A stretch of 64,000 nt of DNA from Pseudomonadota bacterium (GTDB taxonomy: Bacteria > Desulfobacterota > Desulfobacteria > Desulfobacterales > JBDRRP01). The stretch lies in the NCBI GenBank assembly GCA_043825735.1, contig JBDRRP010000004.1, positions 1 to 64,000 on the forward strand. The letters are read 5' to 3'. Under the pieces are notes generated by a model. The model did no database searches and was not told the origin of the DNA. It saw only the letters and a list, made by a program, of their open reading frames with translations. A program made the position numbers and the translations under genes. Shown here piece by piece: positions 61,713 through 64,000 of this stretch. Every line of letters starts with the position of its first letter. The first letter of the stretch is position 1.

Positions 61713-62542
61713 ACCAAATCCCCATCATGCTCAACGGTCTACCCGGCAACGTGGCCACCATTATCGCGCGCCACTTCGCCGGCAGCGACCGGTTCCACCT
61801 CATGCCCTATTCCCTCACCGGCCCGGAGATCACCGCAGCGCATACCGAAGTCGCCGGCCGGAAGGTTTCGCTCATCCGGCCGTCGGAGCGCGACGCGCGT
61901 CTGCCGGAGATCGCGGCCGCGGCCGGCCAATCGCTCATCGTCGTCGATTTCACCCACCCGTCGGCGGTCAACGACAATGCGGCCTTTTACTGCCGCAACG
62001 GCCTGTCCTTTGTGATGGGCACCACCGGCGGCGACCGGCAAGCGTTGGTCAAAACCGTCACCGCATCGCCTGTCGCCGCGGTCATCGCTCCCAACATGGC
62101 CAAACCCATCGTTGGACTACAAGCCATGTTCGAATACGCCGCCGAGCAATTTCCTGGGCTGTTTTCCGGCTACCGGATGACGGTAATAGAGAGTCACCAA
62201 CAGGGCAAGGCCGACACCAGCGGTACGGCCAAAGCCGTGGTGCACAGCTTTAACCGCCTGGGGGTGGATTTCCCCCTCGATGCCATCCACAAGGAACGCG
62301 ACCCGCAGATCCAGCGACGCGACTGGGGCATTCCAGAGGCTTACCTTGGCGGACACGGATGGCACACCTACAGCCTCACCTCGGCCGACGACACCGTTAC
62401 CCTGGCCTTCACCCACAACATCAACGGCCGGGAAGTCTACGCCCACGGCACCCTGGATGCCGCCGCCTTTCTGGCCGCCCGGGTGGCCGAAGGCGCCGCC
62501 GGCCGGGTCTATTCGATGATCGATGTGCTGCGGGGGCGCTGA
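61709..62542 (+). CDS. dapB: 4-hydroxy-tetrahydrodipicolinate reductase
   Basis: VDFTHP, FVMGTTGG, ESHQQGKADTSGTAK, GHGWHTY; ATGA overlap with the upstream gene. Confidence 0.88.
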   Translation: MNQIPIMLNGLPGNVATIIARHFAGSDRFHLMPYSLTGPEITAAHTEVAGRKVSLIRPSERDARLPEIAAAAGQSLIVVDFTHPSAVNDNAAFYCRNGLSFVMGTTGGDRQALVKTVTASPVAAVIAPNMAKPIVGLQAMFEYAAEQFPGLFSGYRMTVIESHQQGKADTSGTAKAVVHSFNRLGVDFPLDAIHKERDPQIQRRDWGIPEAYLGGHGWHTYSLTSADDTVTLAFTHNINGREVYAHGTLDAAAFLAARVAEGAAGRVYSMIDVLRGR

Positions 62543-62550
62543 AGAGCAAT

Positions 62551-63139
62551 TTTGACAAACTCGTAAAAATGCATTTTTCTCGCAAAGACGCCAAGTGCGC
62601 CAAAAAAACATTTTTAATATCAATCCCTTAGCTTTGCGAGTGATTCGGACTTTTTACGGGGCCGTCAACTTTGATGGCCCTGTAAAAAGTCTGAAATCAC
62701 CACAGAGAACGCAGAGATAGCTTATTAGTTAGCGTCCATCCATGGGCAGCCTCTTGCTCCCTCTCCCCACCAAGGGGGGTATTTATGGATGGGCACTGAC
62801 TATCTTTTTCGCTTATCCAGGAAGCTCAAGCCACAACCGGATGCCATTGCAATCGGAAAAAATCATATCACTGCGAAGTTCAAGGAACACACGGGTTTTT
62901 TTAACCCAAAAAGAATATTTCTCGCGCAGAGGCGCGGAGACGCAGAGAACTGCGGAAAATGGAATTGCGCGAGTGTTTTTCCCTGCGTCTCTGCGCCTCT
63001 GCGCGAGATATGAATTATAAAAGCTTCGCGCCCTCCATGACTCCGTGATTCAACATCACTGTGGGAAGAGACCTACTGGAGCATTATGCATAAGCGTAGT
63101 AGCTTTTTTCTCTGTTTTCCTCTGCGGTCTCTGTGGTTC
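62551..63139. repeat. Large composite cluster of nested palindromic elements
   Basis: TTTGACAAACTCGTAAAAA, CGCAAAGACGCCAAG, IHF site, GACTTTTTACGGGGCCGTCAA/TTGATGGCCCTGTAAAAAGTC, CACCACAGAG...CTCTGTGG, TCTCGCGCAGAGGCGCGGAGACGCAGAG / CTGCGTCTCTGCGCCTCTGCGCGAGA. Confidence 0.85.
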
Positions 63140-63158
63140 AACATCACTCTTTCCGGTT

Positions 63159-64000
63159 TTACAGCAAATCTGCGATCCGTCGCCGCAGCAGGTGATCCAG
63201 CGCTGCGATCACGACCGGGGTGTGGCGCCCGGGCGCCAGCGGTGGGAGGTGAATGGGCACGCCAAAACGGATGGTTACGGGATGCGGACGGGGTCGATGG
63301 GTCCAACGGGGCATCACCGGGTAGGCGCCGGCAATGCCCACCGGAACAATGGGTACGCCAAAAGTCAGCAGAAGGCGCAGCGCGCCCCGGCGCAGCGGCA
63401 GCATCCTGCCGTCCCAGGAGCGCTCGCCCTCGGGAAAGAGCCCCAGCAGGCGGCCGCCGGCGACGATGCGCCGGGCATTTCTCACGGCCTGAGCGTCCAC
63501 AGCGTAGCGGCGCACCGGAAATGCATAAAGCCGGCGCAGCAGAAACGCCATGGCCGGGTCGCGAAATTCGCTGTTTTTGGTCATGAAACCGATGGGGCGG
63601 TCCAGCGCGGCCCCCAGTAAAATGGCGTCTAAAAACGACCCGTGATTGGGCAAAATGACTGCCGGCCCCGTGGCAGGCACATGGTGGCGGCCATGAACCG
63701 TCACCGGTAGCCGGGGATAGATCAGCCCCCGCACGACCGGGCCCAGCAGGGTGAACAACAGCGGGCGGGCGCTGCCGTCGCGCTCTGTTGCTGGAAAATC
63801 AGCGACCGGGCGCACGCGGGCGCATCGGTTTTGCCGGGCATTGTCTTCGGCAAAGAGCAGCCGGGGGTAGTAGGCCTTAATGCGCGCCGGTGCGTGGTAG
63901 GCGTCCAGTGCACTTCGCAACGCGTCTTCCCAGCATTTGCCGACGCCGCCGGCAAACCGGAAAAAATATGCAGGGCGACGGGCCACGCCGACGATCACGG
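63159..64000 (-). CDS. Lysophospholipid (PlsC-type) acyltransferase-domain protein, 5' part outside the window
   Basis: NHGSFLD, AFPVRR, FPEGERS, PIVPVGI motifs; frame stays open to the window edge. Confidence 0.85.
   Translation of the reverse strand, partial: VIVGVARRPAYFFRFAGGVGKCWEDALRSALDAYHAPARIKAYYPRLLFAEDNARQNRCARVRPVADFPATERDGSARPLLFTLLGPVVRGLIYPRLPVTVHGRHHVPATGPAVILPNHGSFLDAILLGAALDRPIGFMTKNSEFRDPAMAFLLRRLYAFPVRRYAVDAQAVRNARRIVAGGRLLGLFPEGERSWDGRMLPLRRGALRLLLTFGVPIVPVGIAGAYPVMPRWTHRPRPHPVTIRFGVPIHLPPLAPGRHTPVVIAALDHLLRRRIADLL

Noticed and set aside
62742..63020. Small ORFs inside the right-hand repeat cluster as cassette cargo
   Set aside because: No SD or recognisable motifs; they consist largely of repeat-arm translations.

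Overview
GC-rich bacterial chromosome segment. Gene content and protein style suggest a Desulfobacterales-type deltaproteobacterium (inference). The left end is a two-partner secretion locus: a giant (>2,560 aa, runs off the window) filamentous-haemagglutinin-type TpsA with autotransporter-associated beta-strand repeats, a PilZ protein, a REC-LuxR regulator and an SH3-fused TpsB. The rest is mostly housekeeping: ispD, an HPr-domain protein, sufBC-like genes, RNase P RNA, zinc-ribbon and Nif3 proteins, tRNA-Ile(CAT), rpoD, dnaG, hisB, an RND efflux trio, YcaO-TPR, ParA plus a dynamin-like GTPase, yqgE, DUF2156, a DegT aminotransferase, dnaE, guaB, a YrdC-family protein, sppA, rpsA, cmk, a 4-subunit 2-oxoacid:ferredoxin oxidoreductase, namZ, plsB, a MurU-AmgK fusion, dapB and an acyltransferase. 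The most notable signals not explained by these genes are: (1) a dense set of nested palindromic intergenic elements with 9-, 8- and 6-nt periodic arms, IHF-consensus sites in some loops and filled/empty site pairs; (2) a full-length tRNA-Ala(CGC) with five structure-breaking substitutions next to a glutamate decarboxylase remnant; (3) a 46-aa four-Cys ORF missing from the ORF track, divergent from the dynamin-parA pair; (4) a solitary MamI-like membrane protein; (5) a TGGGTA-Nn-TACCCA palindrome upstream of both halves of the TPS locus. All calls come from reading the sequence and recalled family motifs; no database searches were run.
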